A stretch of DNA of 64,000 nt, from the NCBI RefSeq assembly GCF_009914755.1, contig NC_060929.1; one strand, 5' to 3'. This stretch comes from the human T2T-CHM13v2.0 reference genome, Homo sapiens. The notes under the pieces were generated by a model that was not told the DNA's origin, made no database searches, and saw only the letters and a program-made list of their open reading frames with translations. Position 1 is the first letter of the stretch. Each line of letters starts with the position of its first letter. The position numbers and the translations under genes were made by a program. Of this stretch, positions 18,181 through 36,809 are shown piece by piece.

Positions 18181-19111
18181 AATCTCTTTTTAGAAAAAAA
18201 TAATGCAAGCATGAGCATATTGGATCCCAGAAATAGCAAGCAAAAGTAGAAACAGACGGCACTCCAAAGCTCTTCACGATGCAAAGTCAGGGAATTCTAC
18301 TAAATGGAATGATCCTCTGTGCCTGTAATTCTTACCCGGATACAGTTCTAGGCCACGTTCATCTTAGTTCTGGGAGCGGCCCTCTCTCTCCAAGCTTCCT
18401 GAAACTGATGAAAACTCCACAAAGGGCTGCCAGGACTGGCACAGCAGGCATAGCCTCCCTCTCCTTCCCCCTGGGGCTCACCTTAAAGCCCACAGCACCT
18501 CCTTGTTCAATGCCAGTTCCTTCCTGCCTCATCCTTCTTCCCATGGCTAGGCCAGTATGAGTCCAGCACAGGGTGTCTGTCCCCAGGAGCTGCGGGGCCT
18601 CTGCTCTCTCTGTGCCAGCGCACACCAGCCTCTGCCCCAGGCTGCAACCCACCCCTCCGTGATCCCTTGCACTTCACACCCGGAGGCCTATTTCAGACCC
18701 AACTCCAGCAAAGCCCAGCCAAGACAAACTTTTTCAATGGAAAAAGAAGACAAACTTCAGCAGGCTGAGTTCAAACCTGTGGTTCACAAAGACTTCCACC
18801 CACCTCCCCCTAGCTGGCTAGAAAGGGCATTCCAGGTCCTTTGACTTCAGCAGATGTAGACCTCTGGGAAAATCTCCCCCATCCCTATATCATTGCTTGA
18901 ACAGGACAGTTTGTTCACAGCTCCCAGTTTCCCTTGGGACCACAACCCAGCTTAGAAGTTGGGATCTGCTGTGCTCTGCTGAGGTGGAAGAATCATGGGT
19001 CTTGTACTCATCCTAACCCTGCCAGTAAACCTCCTGAAACTGCCTTCCAAGAGTCAGAGCAGCCCCAGCCATGTATCACATGTTGATCCTGCAGGCACAG
19101 TGGTTCTGTAG

Positions 19112-19486
<375 letters not shown>

Positions 19487-20207
19487 TGAGTAATCTAAAA
19501 TTCTTAAATGTTTGCTTTAAAAATCGCCATGTTTGAAAAAAGATTTTTTATAGAGCTAGTCATTGTTTTGCAGGTGCTGGGAAATAAGAGCATGAGTTTA
19601 TTAATTTTAAAAAATTAAGATCCATAACACCAAATGGAAAAGACCATCTCCTTGCAGTGGGATCCACATGCATTTTAATACATAACACTGCCCTTCCCTT
19701 TGACATGGCATTCAGGAGAACCAATCTGTCCTAGCATCAACTTTAGTTGGCTTTTGGTCTTTTGCCAGGAAGGCTGGCAGTCATCTCTTAGTTAAATGAC
19801 TGATATTATCCAGGCCATGAGTGAAGACAATGCCTGGAATATAAGCAAATTAATTCCAAGAAAAAAAAGCTTGAGCAAATAGCTTCAGTTTCTAAAACAG
19901 ACCTGGAAATAAGTTTTCATCCATTAGAAGTTTCCGGCACCTACTCTTTTCTAGCCTCGTCTCACCCCAGGGGGAAATTTTTGCTCGCTCCACCCAGCAA
20001 TAATCACCCAGCAATAGTCACAGTGATTGAGCTCTGCTCCATGATCGGGACAGATCCTGGGCTTGACGTTGGGGACAGTGGCATTAATGTCCTAACTCTG
20101 GGCAAGAATTTCCAACTCCCTAGCATTGATTTCCTATTTGCTCCTTACATCCCAAAGTGCTCCCAAGTTTGCTTGCCAGGCAAATCTAAAGATGTTTCTA
20201 TAGAATA

Positions 20208-20504
<297 letters not shown>

Positions 20505-20764
20505 TATAGAATAATTTCTAAGAAGGACTGAGACGTTGAGGCTAAGGAAATATCATGAAATATCTTCTCTGTCAGTGATTCCTGGTGTTCCAAGGCAGTC
20601 GTGTTTTAAGGAGGGTGAGTAAGCCCAAACTAAGGAATATATTGCTCATTTTAACCAAAACATGTTTTAAGTCAATAGAAATGATAATCGTGAAGGCAAC
20701 GCTTTTGGGAGTAGTAGCTAGGGTACTTCATAAAAGAAAACTGGCTCAATTCTAATAATGTTTT

Positions 20765-21897
<1,133 letters not shown>

Positions 21898-22783
21898 TGA
21901 CTGCCACTTGGAAGAAAGGCCTGGGCTGCAGCCATAGGTCAGTGAACCATCAGGATGTTGAAGCCAGGGATGGTTAAACTTTCCTGTTAAGAAAGAAGGC
22001 AGAGAGAGTGGTAGGCAGTGGAGAGAGAGAGAGGGCTGAAGCCATAAGCTTGTTCAGAAAGTGATATCACTATTACTTTAAGAATATTTGTTCTATTTTT
22101 TTTCATTAACTTCCTCTTGGAAGATGATGTATGGTTTGTACCAGCTGACTAGATTAGCATTGATTTGTGTGATCCCAGCACTAGGCCAATACTCAAGTGT
22201 TCCTTATGCTTCCTAGATAAGAGGGCCCGATGAGCCCAGGCTGTCACTGATTGGACACTGATAATGCTAATGAAAACCTCCAAAGGTAAATCAAAAACAA
22301 ACTAAAGGATCACTCAGATAGGATCAGTTAAATAAATCAAGGTACATTCACACAAGGAAATACTGTACTATTTATTTATCAAATCAGTAAAGTCATCTCT
22401 CTGCATGGATTGGAAAAATCACTAAGATAAATAAAATAATTTTTTTAAGGCAGAGCACAAGACAGTTTGTATGGAACCCTGAATGTAGGGAAGGAGTTCA
22501 AATGTTTATTTTTTATTTAACCTTCATAATGACATATAATTAATCCCGTGAATTGGTGAACAAATGGAAGCTCATGGGTTGTAGAATCTATGGCCTAAAG
22601 AGTGATTATAGGTGTTTTATTCTATTGGAGTCTTATGAAGAATTTGACTGTTAACATCATCCTGCCCCTCACCCTGCCCCCCCAATCCTAGACATCTGTC
22701 ATCCTCTACTCCTTCCCCTGCCCAGAATGTGGTCCCTGGACCAGCAGCATCGGCCTCCCTGTGGAGCTTGTTAAAGATGCAGA

Positions 22784-23392
<609 letters not shown>

Positions 23393-23628
23393 TACAGATG
23401 CCAGACTCACCCCAGACCTAGTGAATCAGAATCTGCATTTTATCAAGATCTGCAGGTGATGCGTATGCTTATTAAAGTCTCAGAAAGGCACAATGTGGGT
23501 GAAAGGCAACTCCACTGGCATTTATGTTGCTCTGTCTCACAAGACTCAGGATCAGGTCATTATCATCAAAAAGAAACACAAAGATGAAACCTTACTTTTG
23601 GCAATGCAGTTTTAAAAATGACAAAGAC

Positions 23629-24067
<439 letters not shown>

Positions 24068-26148
24068 TCAGGATGGACTTGGAGCCCCTCTCCCTTTGTC
24101 CTGTCTCTGTAAAGCCATGTTTCTTCAAGTGAGGTAAACACGCCACGCTCTGTTAGTCTTGAATGATAAACAAACCTGAAGACTTGTACATAGCACATCG
24201 AACAATGTCTTACAAGAGGAAGGAGTTTTTAATCCATAAATGACAGCAACAACTTGGGAGCAAATTGAGGTCTTTAGCCAGGGACAAGACTCTCAAGAAT
24301 GATGTTACCAGAATATACAGACAGCCAGGACCTTGGAAGTTAATCATAAGATGCTGGCATTCACTCCCAAAACACAGCAAAAGGCTTCTTACCCCTTCTG
24401 TTTCTCTATCCCTTCTCTCTGGAACTGGTGATCAAGTTGCTATTAAATGTTCGAAAATGAAAGCCAAGTGCATAATCAAATTAAAACATCTAATGTTGAA
24501 ATATCTCATTTATCAATTAGAATTGGAGCTTTGTGTTCTTATTTGTCAGGAAGTCCCACTAGCAGCAAGGTGTAATCTGGCAGAGGAAGTTTCTTAGAGT
24601 TAAGACAGTGAAGGAATTGAGAGACCAGGATGTCAAAAGGGGCATCAGTGTTCTTGATCAAGTCATACAGGTGGGTCGAGCGGATGGAACAGACAAGAGG
24701 AAAGGGAGAAAGTCATTCCTGTCTCCATCTCATGTTAGGGTGATCAATTCATCCTACTTTCTTTGGTACTTTGTCAGTTTTAATGCCCCAGAAACCTTTC
24801 ATTTCAGGGCAAACTGGAACAACTGGTCACCCTACTAACCTGTAAACTGGGAATAACTGGCATTTGTGCAGAATGGCTCCCAGGTTCCTGATGCCCAGCG
24901 GCACTCTACAGACATTGCCAGGTCTGTCTGCAAATCCACGGTGCTTGGCCGGATGCTGTTTGAAGTGTGCACTTTAGAGAAGAAAAGGGGCGGGGTGTCA
25001 TTTCCCACACACAAGCCGCTAGTCCTTATGGAAACTCTTCCAACGAAGGTGGATGGAAACTTTTCCAACGAAGGTGATGTTTTTGAAACCCAGCTTTTAT
25101 TTGGACAAAGCCTTCTTGAAAAATCCTTGAAAATGCTTCCTGTTTTTAATAAAGGAGATCTCTGGAACATTTCCATGAGCTTTCATAGCACTTGTTTTAG
25201 TTGAGTTTTTTTTTTTTTTCTTTTATCCTCATACCACATTAAAAATGGAACAAAAACCAAGACATCACCCCGGCCCTGTAGGTTGTATTCTTGAGTTCAG
25301 CTTGAGACCTTTCCACTAAAGAACAGAATGAGCTCAGCCCAGCCTCAGGCTACCTGGCCTGTGGTCCCTCCCAGTCTCAACAAAGGCCACACCTGGGATT
25401 GTGTGAGCCACATGCTTTTGCATGCAGGGAAGTCAAGTCTTCCCATGCAAGGAGGGCTCCAGCATGGTGGCACTGCCTGGTAATCTATGGAGATGGGCCA
25501 GGTGGAGACTGGAATTAGAACCTGCCTGGAACCCCTGGCAGCTCTAAGACCTGAGCAGTGAGACCTTGGGACCTCCTCTCTGGGACTCTGCAGCTGATGC
25601 AATTTCCTGAGGCCCCCTATTCTGCCCGTGGGCTTTTCTTTTCCACAGGTTGGTCACCCAATCTTAGCTGCACAAATTCTATTGGCTCACTCCCAGACCT
25701 TCAAGCTTGTTGGAGAAGCTGCTGCCCCACCTCTAACTGCCTCAGTCTCCCGACATTGCCCATGTTAAAGTTTCCAAGAGCAAGAGAATGTGGTTGAAGC
25801 CTCACATCTGTTCACATCTGGCCACATCACTGGTTGCCCTTGAGTCAGGAGATTCCTGATCCAGTCAGCAGAGGACAGGGGAGGGTGGGATGAAGATCCT
25901 GGCCTAGCCAGGGGTCTCTCCATCTCCTTAGAGGTGGAGCAACTCTATCTCTAAGGTTAAGCTCCATCCTTAACCTCTTTAAAACTGTCAGGCACGTAGT
26001 GTCAGCCTGGAACCCAATGGCTGGCCTCAATGTGATTTCTCTATAAAATATGCACACCATGTTCACTATCCCACCCTGGGAAGGAACAACTGCTACTCGT
26101 ATTACCTTAGGGAATGCCAGAAACTCTGCCTATAGTTCTTAGCATTAG

Positions 26149-26475
<327 letters not shown>

Positions 26476-26566
26476 AGTTCAAGGCATTTCTATATAACAA
26501 CCTGGGAGTGCAGGGAGACGTCTTTCCTCATGACTGAGATTTTCTTGCCATTTCTCTTATAGGGGT

Positions 26567-26891
26567 TGATATGGTTTGGCTGTGTCCCCACCAAAATCTC
26601 ACCTTGAATTGTAATAATCCCCATGTGTCAAAGGTGGGGCCAGGTGGAGATAACTGAATCATGCGGGCGGTTTCACCCACACAGTTCTTGTAAATAAGTC
26701 TCATGAGATCTGATGGTTTGTGCAGGGTAGTTCCCCTGCACAAGCTCTCTTGCCTGCCACTATGTAAGATGTGACTGCTCCTCATTCACCTTCGGCCATG
26801 ATTGTGAGGCCTCCCCAGCCATGTGGAACTATGAGTCTATTAAACCCTTTTTTTTTTTTTTTTAATATATATTACCCAGTCTCGGGTATGT

Positions 26892-26926
<35 letters not shown>

Positions 26927-27250
26927 AGACGGAGTCTCGCTCTGTCGCCCAGGCTGGAGTGCAGTGGTGCAATCTCAGCTCACTGCAAGCTCTGCCTCCC
27001 GGGTTCACACCATTTCCCTGCCTCAGCCTCCTGAGTAGCTGGGACTATACAGGTGCCCACCACCACTCCTGGCTAATTTTCTGTATTTTTAGTAGAGATG
27101 GGGTTTCACTGTGTTAGCCAGGATGGTCTCAATCTCCTGACCTCATGATCCACCCGCCTCGGCCTCCCAAAGTGCTGGGATTACAGGTGTGAGCCACTGC
27201 GCTCGGCCTCGGGTCTGTCTTTATTAGCAGCGTGAGAACAGACTAATACA
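26567..27250 (+). mobile_element. THE1B solo LTR interrupted by AluY (26895-27208, minus)
   Basis: TGATATGGTTTGGCTGTGTCCCCACC...GACTAATACA; perfect 5-bp TSD GGGGT. Confidence 0.9.
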
Positions 27251-28176
27251 GGGGTGGACCAAATTAGTCATATGATTTAGAAAATCAAGAGCAGCATTTA
27301 TTGCAGCTGAGTGTGTGTGGGCAGCTGTATATTATCTATACAACTATATCCATATGCATACAGCACACATGCCTTCCTTCAAGTAAGAGTACACTTTGTA
27401 AAGAATAGGTGATTTGGTTACTAAAGTCCTTGCAAGGGCACACAAATTCCCTTCAGAATTGTAAAAGAAAACATGTTTTGCCGTTTACTTCTGCCATTTA
27501 CTTTCTCCATTAATTCATCCCATCGTTCTTCAAACATGCGGATTTCAGAGAAAGAGACAAAGATGAGTTGTCCTGTTTTATTACTCTCCTGTTTCCTTAC
27601 TGGCCTTTTCCATGGCAAGGACACCCCATGGCCTGCGTTCAGCTCCAGGTGGGGTAAGTAGACGTCTGTGGGCTCCTTGGGTCCCAGTGGCTGGCCACAA
27701 CATTATTTTTCTGGTAAAATGTGCTCAGAATGTTAAATATCTAGCTCTGGGAAGGTTGTAAGTTAGAGATCTCCTTTGTCCCAGTGGATTTTTAAAATGC
27801 TTATTTGCATTTCCTGTGGTGTGCTGCTGGTTTAAAAGCCAAACTCACCAAGCATAACACGGGGGAAGCTTGGGCCAGCCAAGCCCCAAAGTTCACAGAT
27901 TGGGTTATTTACAACGCGTTCCCCTTAACATACCCAGACAGGACTTGTCCTCACGTACTAATGTCAACAAGATAGCTCATGTGGCTTTCCTTTCCTGGCA
28001 TTTGACATAGAAGGGAAATCTCAGGGTTATATTATCCTCTCACTGGGGAAGTTCGAAGAGAACGTTTCCTTGCTGTGCCTGGCACACCCTCTAAACACAG
28101 CTGTCTCCAGAACACGACACCATGGCTCACATTCCCCTCCCCATGCTCTGGAGTCTGGTTCAAGCACAGCTGCTTA

Positions 28177-28256
28177 CCTGGTTCCTACCACATGCTTGTT
28201 TTCACTTCCAAAGAGTCCTGGTTCCTACCACATGCTTGTTTTCACTTCCAAAGAGT
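28177..28256. repeat. Perfect 40-bp tandem duplication
   Basis: CCTGGTTCCTACCACATGCTTGTTTTCACTTCCAAAGAGT x2. Confidence 0.97.
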
Positions 28257-28257
28257 C

Positions 28258-28575
28258 GTCTTCTTTTTTTTTTTTTTTTTTTTTTTCTTTGAGATGATAT
28301 TTTGCTCTTGTCACCCAGGCTGGAGTGCGGTGGCAGGATCTCAGCTCACTGCAACCTCCGCCTCCGAGTTCAAGTGATTCTCCTGCCTCAGCCTCCCGAG
28401 TAGCTGGGATTACAGGCGCCCACCACTATGCCCGCCTAATGTTTTTTGTATCTTTAGTAGAGATGGGATTTTGCCGTGTTGGCCAGGCTGGTCTCGAACT
28501 CCTGACCTCAGGTGATCCGCCCATCTCGGCCTCCCAAAGTGCTGGGATTACAGGTGTGAGCCACTGCACCCGGCC
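28258..28575 (-). mobile_element. AluSq/Sx-like
   Basis: Full dimer. Confidence 0.9.
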
Positions 28576-28622
28576 CAAAGATTCTTTATGATAAAAAACT
28601 ACACCCTCAAAGTGGAGCAACA

Positions 28623-28750
28623 CCCGGTGTGCTGGCATGTGCCTACAGTTTCAGCTTCCTGGGAGGCTGAGATGGGAGGATCACTTGAGCCCAGAGTTTA
28701 AGGCTAGCCTGGGCAACATAGTAAGACTCCATCTCTAAAAAATAAAAGCA
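28623..28750 (+). mobile_element. FLAM (free left Alu monomer)
   Basis: Single monomer with A tail; flanking AAAGTGGAG repeat. Confidence 0.75.
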
Positions 28751-29189
28751 ATAAAGTGGAGTGGTGCCCATCTGTACAATTATAAGGATGGCAGTTTTCA
28801 GAGGTGATACTAAAGACTGTTGCGGTTCCTTGGAATGTCATATGGAGAGACGTAAATTTAGACTCTGAAGTTTGCAGTGTGAAGAAATTATAGATAAATG
28901 TGTCTTAAGCAAATCTCCAACAAGAAAATCTATAGTTTTAAAAGACATTAGAGGGTGATTATTTGCATGTTAATCTTGATAAAAACTATGCAAAAAGAAT
29001 ACAACATTATGGAAACCAGGAAATAATTCTGCCAGTAACATGACCACACTTGACATTTTGAATATTTATGACCATTCCCTATTAATCATATGTATATTTA
29101 TATAGATAGATGTACAGTTTGGAAACCTGGTTTATTTTTTCTCACTCAATGTAAATTATTTCCACGTGTTTTAAAATGTTAATATTTAT

Positions 29190-29350
29190 GGCCAGGAGTG
29201 GTGGTTCATACCTGTAATCCCAACACTTTGGGAGGCTAAGGAGGGAGGATCACTTGAGCCCAGGAGTTTAAGGCTGCAGTGAGCTAGGATTGTGCCCCTG
29301 CACTCCTGGACAACAGAGTGAGACACTGTCTCTACAAATAAATACATAAA
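29190..29350 (+). mobile_element. FRAM/AluJ-derived monomer
   Basis: Single monomer; flanking TAAAATGTT. Confidence 0.75.
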
Positions 29351-29648
29351 ATGTTGGTCAATATAATTATAGTGACTGCTTATTGTATTGCCATTGAACA
29401 TACCCTAATTTGCTGCTCAGATTGTCCCAGCTTTGTTCATGCAGAGCTCTTTCTGGCTGGCTTCTGCCTCCCTTTGGCACGTGCCCATTCTTTTGTTTTT
29501 GAGCACTTCCTTGCTTCCTGGTACTACAAGATGCTCCAAAGATATATGCTCCATCATATATTTTTCCCTCCCCAGCCCTAGAATTAGCTTTTCTCCAAGG
29601 AGCCCTGATTCCTATTATTGAAGACTGGTGTTTAGAAACAAGAATCTA

Positions 29649-29955
29649 GGCCAGGTGTGGTGGATCAAGCCTGTAATCCCAGCTCTTTGGGAGGCCAAGG
29701 CGGGTGGATCACCTGAGGTCAGGAGTTCCAGACAAGCCTGGCTAACATAGCAAAACCTTGTCTCTACTAAAAATACAAAAATTAGCGGGGCATAGTGGTG
29801 CGCACCTGTAATCCTAGCTACTAGTGGGGGCTGAGGCAGGAGAATTTGCTTGAACCCGGAGGCGGAGGTTGCAGTGAGCCGAGATTGTGCCACTGCACTC
29901 CGTCCTGGGCAACAGAGCAAGACTCCATCTCAAAAACAACAACAACAACAACAAA
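29649..29955 (+). mobile_element. AluS with (CAA)n tail
   Basis: Full dimer. Confidence 0.9.
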
Positions 29956-29991
29956 ACTAGTTGCTGGTTTCTTTGATTTTTCTCTACATGA

Positions 29992-30352
<361 letters not shown>

Positions 30353-31313
30353 AGGATTGCATTCTTGATTTGTCAGCTAGTTCATTATTGGTGTATAGAA
30401 ACATTACTAATTTTTCTTAATGTTAGGTAATATTGATTTCATACCGTAAAAACCTAAAGGCTCCACCAAAAACACTCTTAGACTTGACAAACTTTACTGA
30501 ATTTGTTAGAAGTAAGAGTTTTTTTGGTAGAGCCTTTAGGTTTCTCTGAATATAAGATTATGTCATCTGCAAAGAAGGACAATTTCCTCCTTTCCAATTC
30601 AGATGCCGTTTATTTCTTTCTCTTGTCTAATTGCTCTGTCTAGGACTTCTAGTACTATGTGGAGTAAGAGTGGTGAAAATGAGCATCCAGTTGTATTGTT
30701 CCAGTTTAGAGGAAAAGCATTCAATTTTTCCCCATTCAGTATAATGTTAGCTGTAGATTAGTCACATACGGCCCTTATTGTGTTGAGGTATGTTCTTGCT
30801 ATAACTAATTTGTTGAGAGTTTTATCCTGAAGGGATGTTGAATTTTATCAAGTGATTTTTCTGTATCTGTTGAGATGGTCATATGATTTTGGTTCTTCAT
30901 TCTACTGATGTGATGTGTCATGTTTATGGGTTTGTATATGTTGAACCATCCTTGCATCCCTTGGATTAATCCCACTTGATCTTGGTGTATAATGTTGTTG
31001 ATGTGCTATTGGATTCAGTGTGCTGATATTTTGTTGAAGATTTTTGCACCTGTGTTCATCAGTATTATTGACCTGTAGTTTTCTTTTTTGTTATGTCTTT
31101 GTCTAGTTTTGGTACCAGGGTGATGCTGGTCTCATACAATGAGTCTGGAAGAATTCCTTCCTTCAATGTTTTTGAAAAATTTAAGAATTGGTGTTATTTT
31201 TTCTTTAAAAACTTGGTAGAATACAACATTGAAACCATCTAGTCCTGGGTTTGTCTTTTTTGGGAGACTTTTTCTTACTCGTTCAATCTTCTTACTCATT
31301 ATAGACTTGTTGA

Positions 31314-31748
<435 letters not shown>

Positions 31749-32239
31749 CCCAGTTGAATTTTGGTAGGTTGTATGTATCCAGGAATTTACCCATTTCCTC
31801 TAGGTTTTCCAATTTGTTGGTGTATAGTTGCTCATAAAGTCTCTAATAATCCTTTGTATTCTCTGGTATCAGTTGTAATGTCTCCTTTTTATTTCCGATT
31901 TTATTTATTTGGGTCTTCTCTCTTTTTCATTTAGTTATTCTAATTAATGGTTTGTTGATTTTATCTTTTCAAAAACAAACTTTATTTCATTGATCTTTTG
32001 TACTTTTTTAGTCTTTATTTATCTCTGCTCAGATCTTTATTATTTCTTTTCTTCTACTAATTTTGGGTTCGGTTTGTTTTTTGCTTTTCTAGTTCCTTAA
32101 GGTGCATTAGTAGGTTGTTTATTTGAAATCTTTATATTTCAATGTAGACATGTATTGCTATAAACCTTCCATTAGTACTACTTTTGCTGTATTCCATAGA
32201 TTTGGGTATGTTGTGTTTCTGTTTTCATTTGTCAGAAAA

Positions 32240-32550
<311 letters not shown>

Positions 32551-32712
32551 TAAATTTCTGTCTTAATTTATTCGTTGAACAATTGGTTTTTCAGAAGCAT
32601 GTTGTTTAAATTTCATGTATTTGTACCATTTGCAAAATTCCTCTTGTTCTTAATTTATAGTTTTATCTCACTGTGGGCAGAAAAGATACTTGATATGATT
32701 TCAATATTTTAA

Positions 32713-33109
<397 letters not shown>

Positions 33110-33331
33110 TAAATCTGATGTTTCTTTGTTGGTTTTCTATCTAGATGATCTGTTCAATGATGAGTGGGATGTTGAAGTCTGCAACGATTATTATATTGGA
33201 ATGTATTACTCCCTTGAGGTCTAATAATATTTGGTTTATATATCTGGGTGTTCCAGTGTTGGATGCATATATATTTATAATTGTTATATCTTCTTGCTGT
33301 ATTGATCTATTTTCATTATATAATGATCAGC

Positions 33332-33730
33332 TGTATTAGTCCATTCTCACATTGCTATAAAAGACTACCTGAGGTAATTTATAAAGAAAAGAGGTTTAAT
33401 TGACTTACAGTTCTGCAGGCTAAACAGGAAGCATGGCTGGGGAGGCCTCAGGAAACCTACAATCATGGCAGAAGGCAAAGAGGAAGGATCCGCATCTTAT
33501 ATGGCTAGAGAAGGAGGAAAAGAGCTAAGGAGGAGGTGCTACACAGTTTTAAACAACCAGATTTCTCGAGAACTCTATCACGAAACAGCACCAGTGGGAT
33601 GGTGCTAAACTATCAGAAACCACCCCCATGATCCTATTACCTCCCACCAGATGTCACCTCCAGCATTGGGAATTATAATTCAACATTCAACATGAGATTT
33701 GAGTGGGGACATGGAGCCGAACCAACACCA
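33332..33730 (-). mobile_element. MSTA/MSTB solo LTR
   Basis: TGTATTAGTCCATTCTCACATTGCTATAA...CATGAGATTTGAGTGGGGACA. Confidence 0.85.
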
Positions 33731-36355
33731 TCTTTTTCTTTATAACAATTTTTTACTTAAAGTCCATTTTATCTCATTTTATCTGATATAAGCATAGCTA
33801 GTCCTTCTCCCTTTTTGTTTCCGTTTCTGTAGATTATCTTTTTCCATCTCTTTACTTTCAGTCTCTGTGTATCCTTATAGGTGAAGTGAGTTTCTTATAG
33901 GCAGGATATAATTGGGTCTTTTTTTTTTTAATGCATTCATCCAGTCTATATCTTTTTAATTGGGGAATTTAATCCATTTACACTCAGAGTTATTACTGAT
34001 AGGTGAAGATGTACTCTTTTCATTTTGTGAATTGTGTTCTGGTTGTTTTGTATCTCTGGTCTACAATGAGTTTTATAGTTTTATATTTTTGTCATGGTAG
34101 TAATTGTCCTTTCACTTCCAGATGTAGGCCTCCCTTAAAGATTTCTTATAAAGCCAATCTAGTGGTGATGAATTCCCTCAGTTTTTGCTTGTCTGTGAAA
34201 GACTTCATTTCTTCATATCTAAAGGATAGATTTGTTGGGTATAATATTCTTTCATGGCAGATTTTTTTTCTTTCAGTATTTTGAATATATCATCCTATTC
34301 TCTTCTAGCCTATAAGGTTTCTGCTGACAAATCTGTTGTTAGTCTAATAGAGAGCCCCTTACATGTGACTTAACATATTTCCTTTGCTCTTTTTAGTATT
34401 CTGTTTTGCTTTGACTTTTGGCAGTTTCACTATAATGTACCTTAGAGAGGACCTTTTTGGGTGGAATCTATTTAGAGACTGTTGAATTTTCTGGATCTGG
34501 ATATCCATATCTCTCCCACAACTTGAGAAGTTTTCAGCTATTATTTCATTAATTAGGTCTTCTATGCCTGTTTCCATCTCCTCTTCTGTAATTCCTGTAC
34601 TCCAAATATTAATTTGCTTAATGGTATCCCTTAAGCCCCATAGGCTTTCTTCATTCTTTTTTATTCTTTTTTCTTTTCTTTTTCTTTCTTTCCTTTTTTC
34701 TGACTGGGTTATTTCAAAAGACTATCTTTGAGTTCTAAAACTCCTTTGCTTGATCTAGTCTGTTGAAGCTTTGGATTGTATTTTTCATTTTATCCATTGA
34801 ATTCATCAGCTTCAAAATTTATGTTTGATTCTTTTTAATGGTATCTCCATCCTTGTTGAATTTCTCTTTCAGTTTAGAAATTGTTTTTCTGATTTTGTTG
34901 AATTGTTATTCTGTATTCTCTTATATCTTACTGAGTTTCCTTAAGATCATTATTTTCAAGTTCTTCTTAGTATTTCATAGATTTTCTTTTCTTTAGGGTC
35001 TGTAACAGGAGAATTATTATGTTCATTTGGAAGTGTTGTGTTTCGTTTCATTTGTTTGTGTGTTTTTTGTTTCGTTTTGTTTTTGCTTCTTTGTGTTTCT
35101 TGGGTCCTTATGTTGATATCTGTGCATCTGGTGGAACAGTCACCTCTTCTAGTTTAAGGGAGTAGCTTCCATAGGGAAAGACTTTTTCCTATAGATGTGT
35201 CCTATAGCGTTGGCTGTGAGTGAGAGAGACATAGAGACTCAGACTGGAATAAACAAAAACAAAAAGGGAATTTATCAGCTCTTGTTACTACCACGTCTGG
35301 GTTACTTCCAGCTTTCTATAGGCCTGGATCTAGTGTTTGAACTGTGTTATCACAACTCTCATCCCTCCCTTTGGCTTTTGTTCTGGTAGTGCAGTAGCAT
35401 TGTCTCCATGTGATTTCCACTGCTGTAATCAATCACTGGTGTGTGGTCTCATTGGCCTAGACTGCAGATGTTTGTGGTGGCAGTAGTGTGTTTTTACTGG
35501 AGATGGGGACTGCTGGGCAAGCTAGTTCTCAGAATCTAGGGGAACATGCACCAGGTGTGGCAGCTCTGCTGGTCATGGGGGTGATGTTGCCAGCAACAGT
35601 TAGTGCTGGGTAGGGCAGTACCTGTTCCCTGGGTAGTTCTGCTCTGCCAGTCAAAGGGACAGGGTCGCTGGTTGTGGCAGGTGCCAGGTATGCTGGTCCC
35701 TGCCCTGGGAGTACATGTGGCAGCTCTGCTGGTTGAGGGTGTGGGATCACCAGGAAGCTGGTTCTCAGGCCCTGATGAGCACATATATTGGCTCCCCACA
35801 TCTCAGGGGTGGCCTCCCTGCTGTGCTAGACCTCCTGTTCCTTGTGGTGTGCATGGTCTCAGGTGGCAGACATGGCTATACCACTGTGTCTAGCTGTGGT
35901 TGTAGCACCACAACACTTTGTGTGAGCATGGTGGGATAACAGTGGGACCCCAGGTATGTGGAGATACAGGGGTTATTAGGCCCCAGGACATGATGCAGTC
36001 TAGCATAGATCTGTTCTCAAAATGGCATCTTGGGTCTCAGGGAGTGGGAGGGACGTAGCATGAGTTCCTTCTTAGAGCAGTGCAGCCTCATGGACTCCAG
36101 GCAGCTCATTCTAATGGGCTCAGGGACTGTGAGGACTGTGGTGCTCTCCTGTAGCTAGGATTTTAACCATTCATGTTGGTAATGAGGACTGCTGGGTAAC
36201 TCTCACTTACCTTTGTGCAATAGGGAGTCCCTCTTGACTCTGAGTCAATCCTGGCTGAGTGCTTTGCTTCCCTCTCTATGCTTCTACCATCCCAACTTTC
36301 TGTGTTTCAGACAGTTTTTATCACTTCCTTGATGAATTCCAGGATTCTCCCTTAG

Positions 36356-36667
<312 letters not shown>

Positions 36668-36809
36668 TAACAGTTTCTCAATGGAGTCTTCATAAAGCAC
36701 ATAAATAAATAAGAAAATAAACAAAATGGATTAGCTGAGACTATCTGTACCCAGAACCTAGAATTGTAAACAAATAATTTTATATAGACATTTATAGTGA
36801 GTATGTTGT

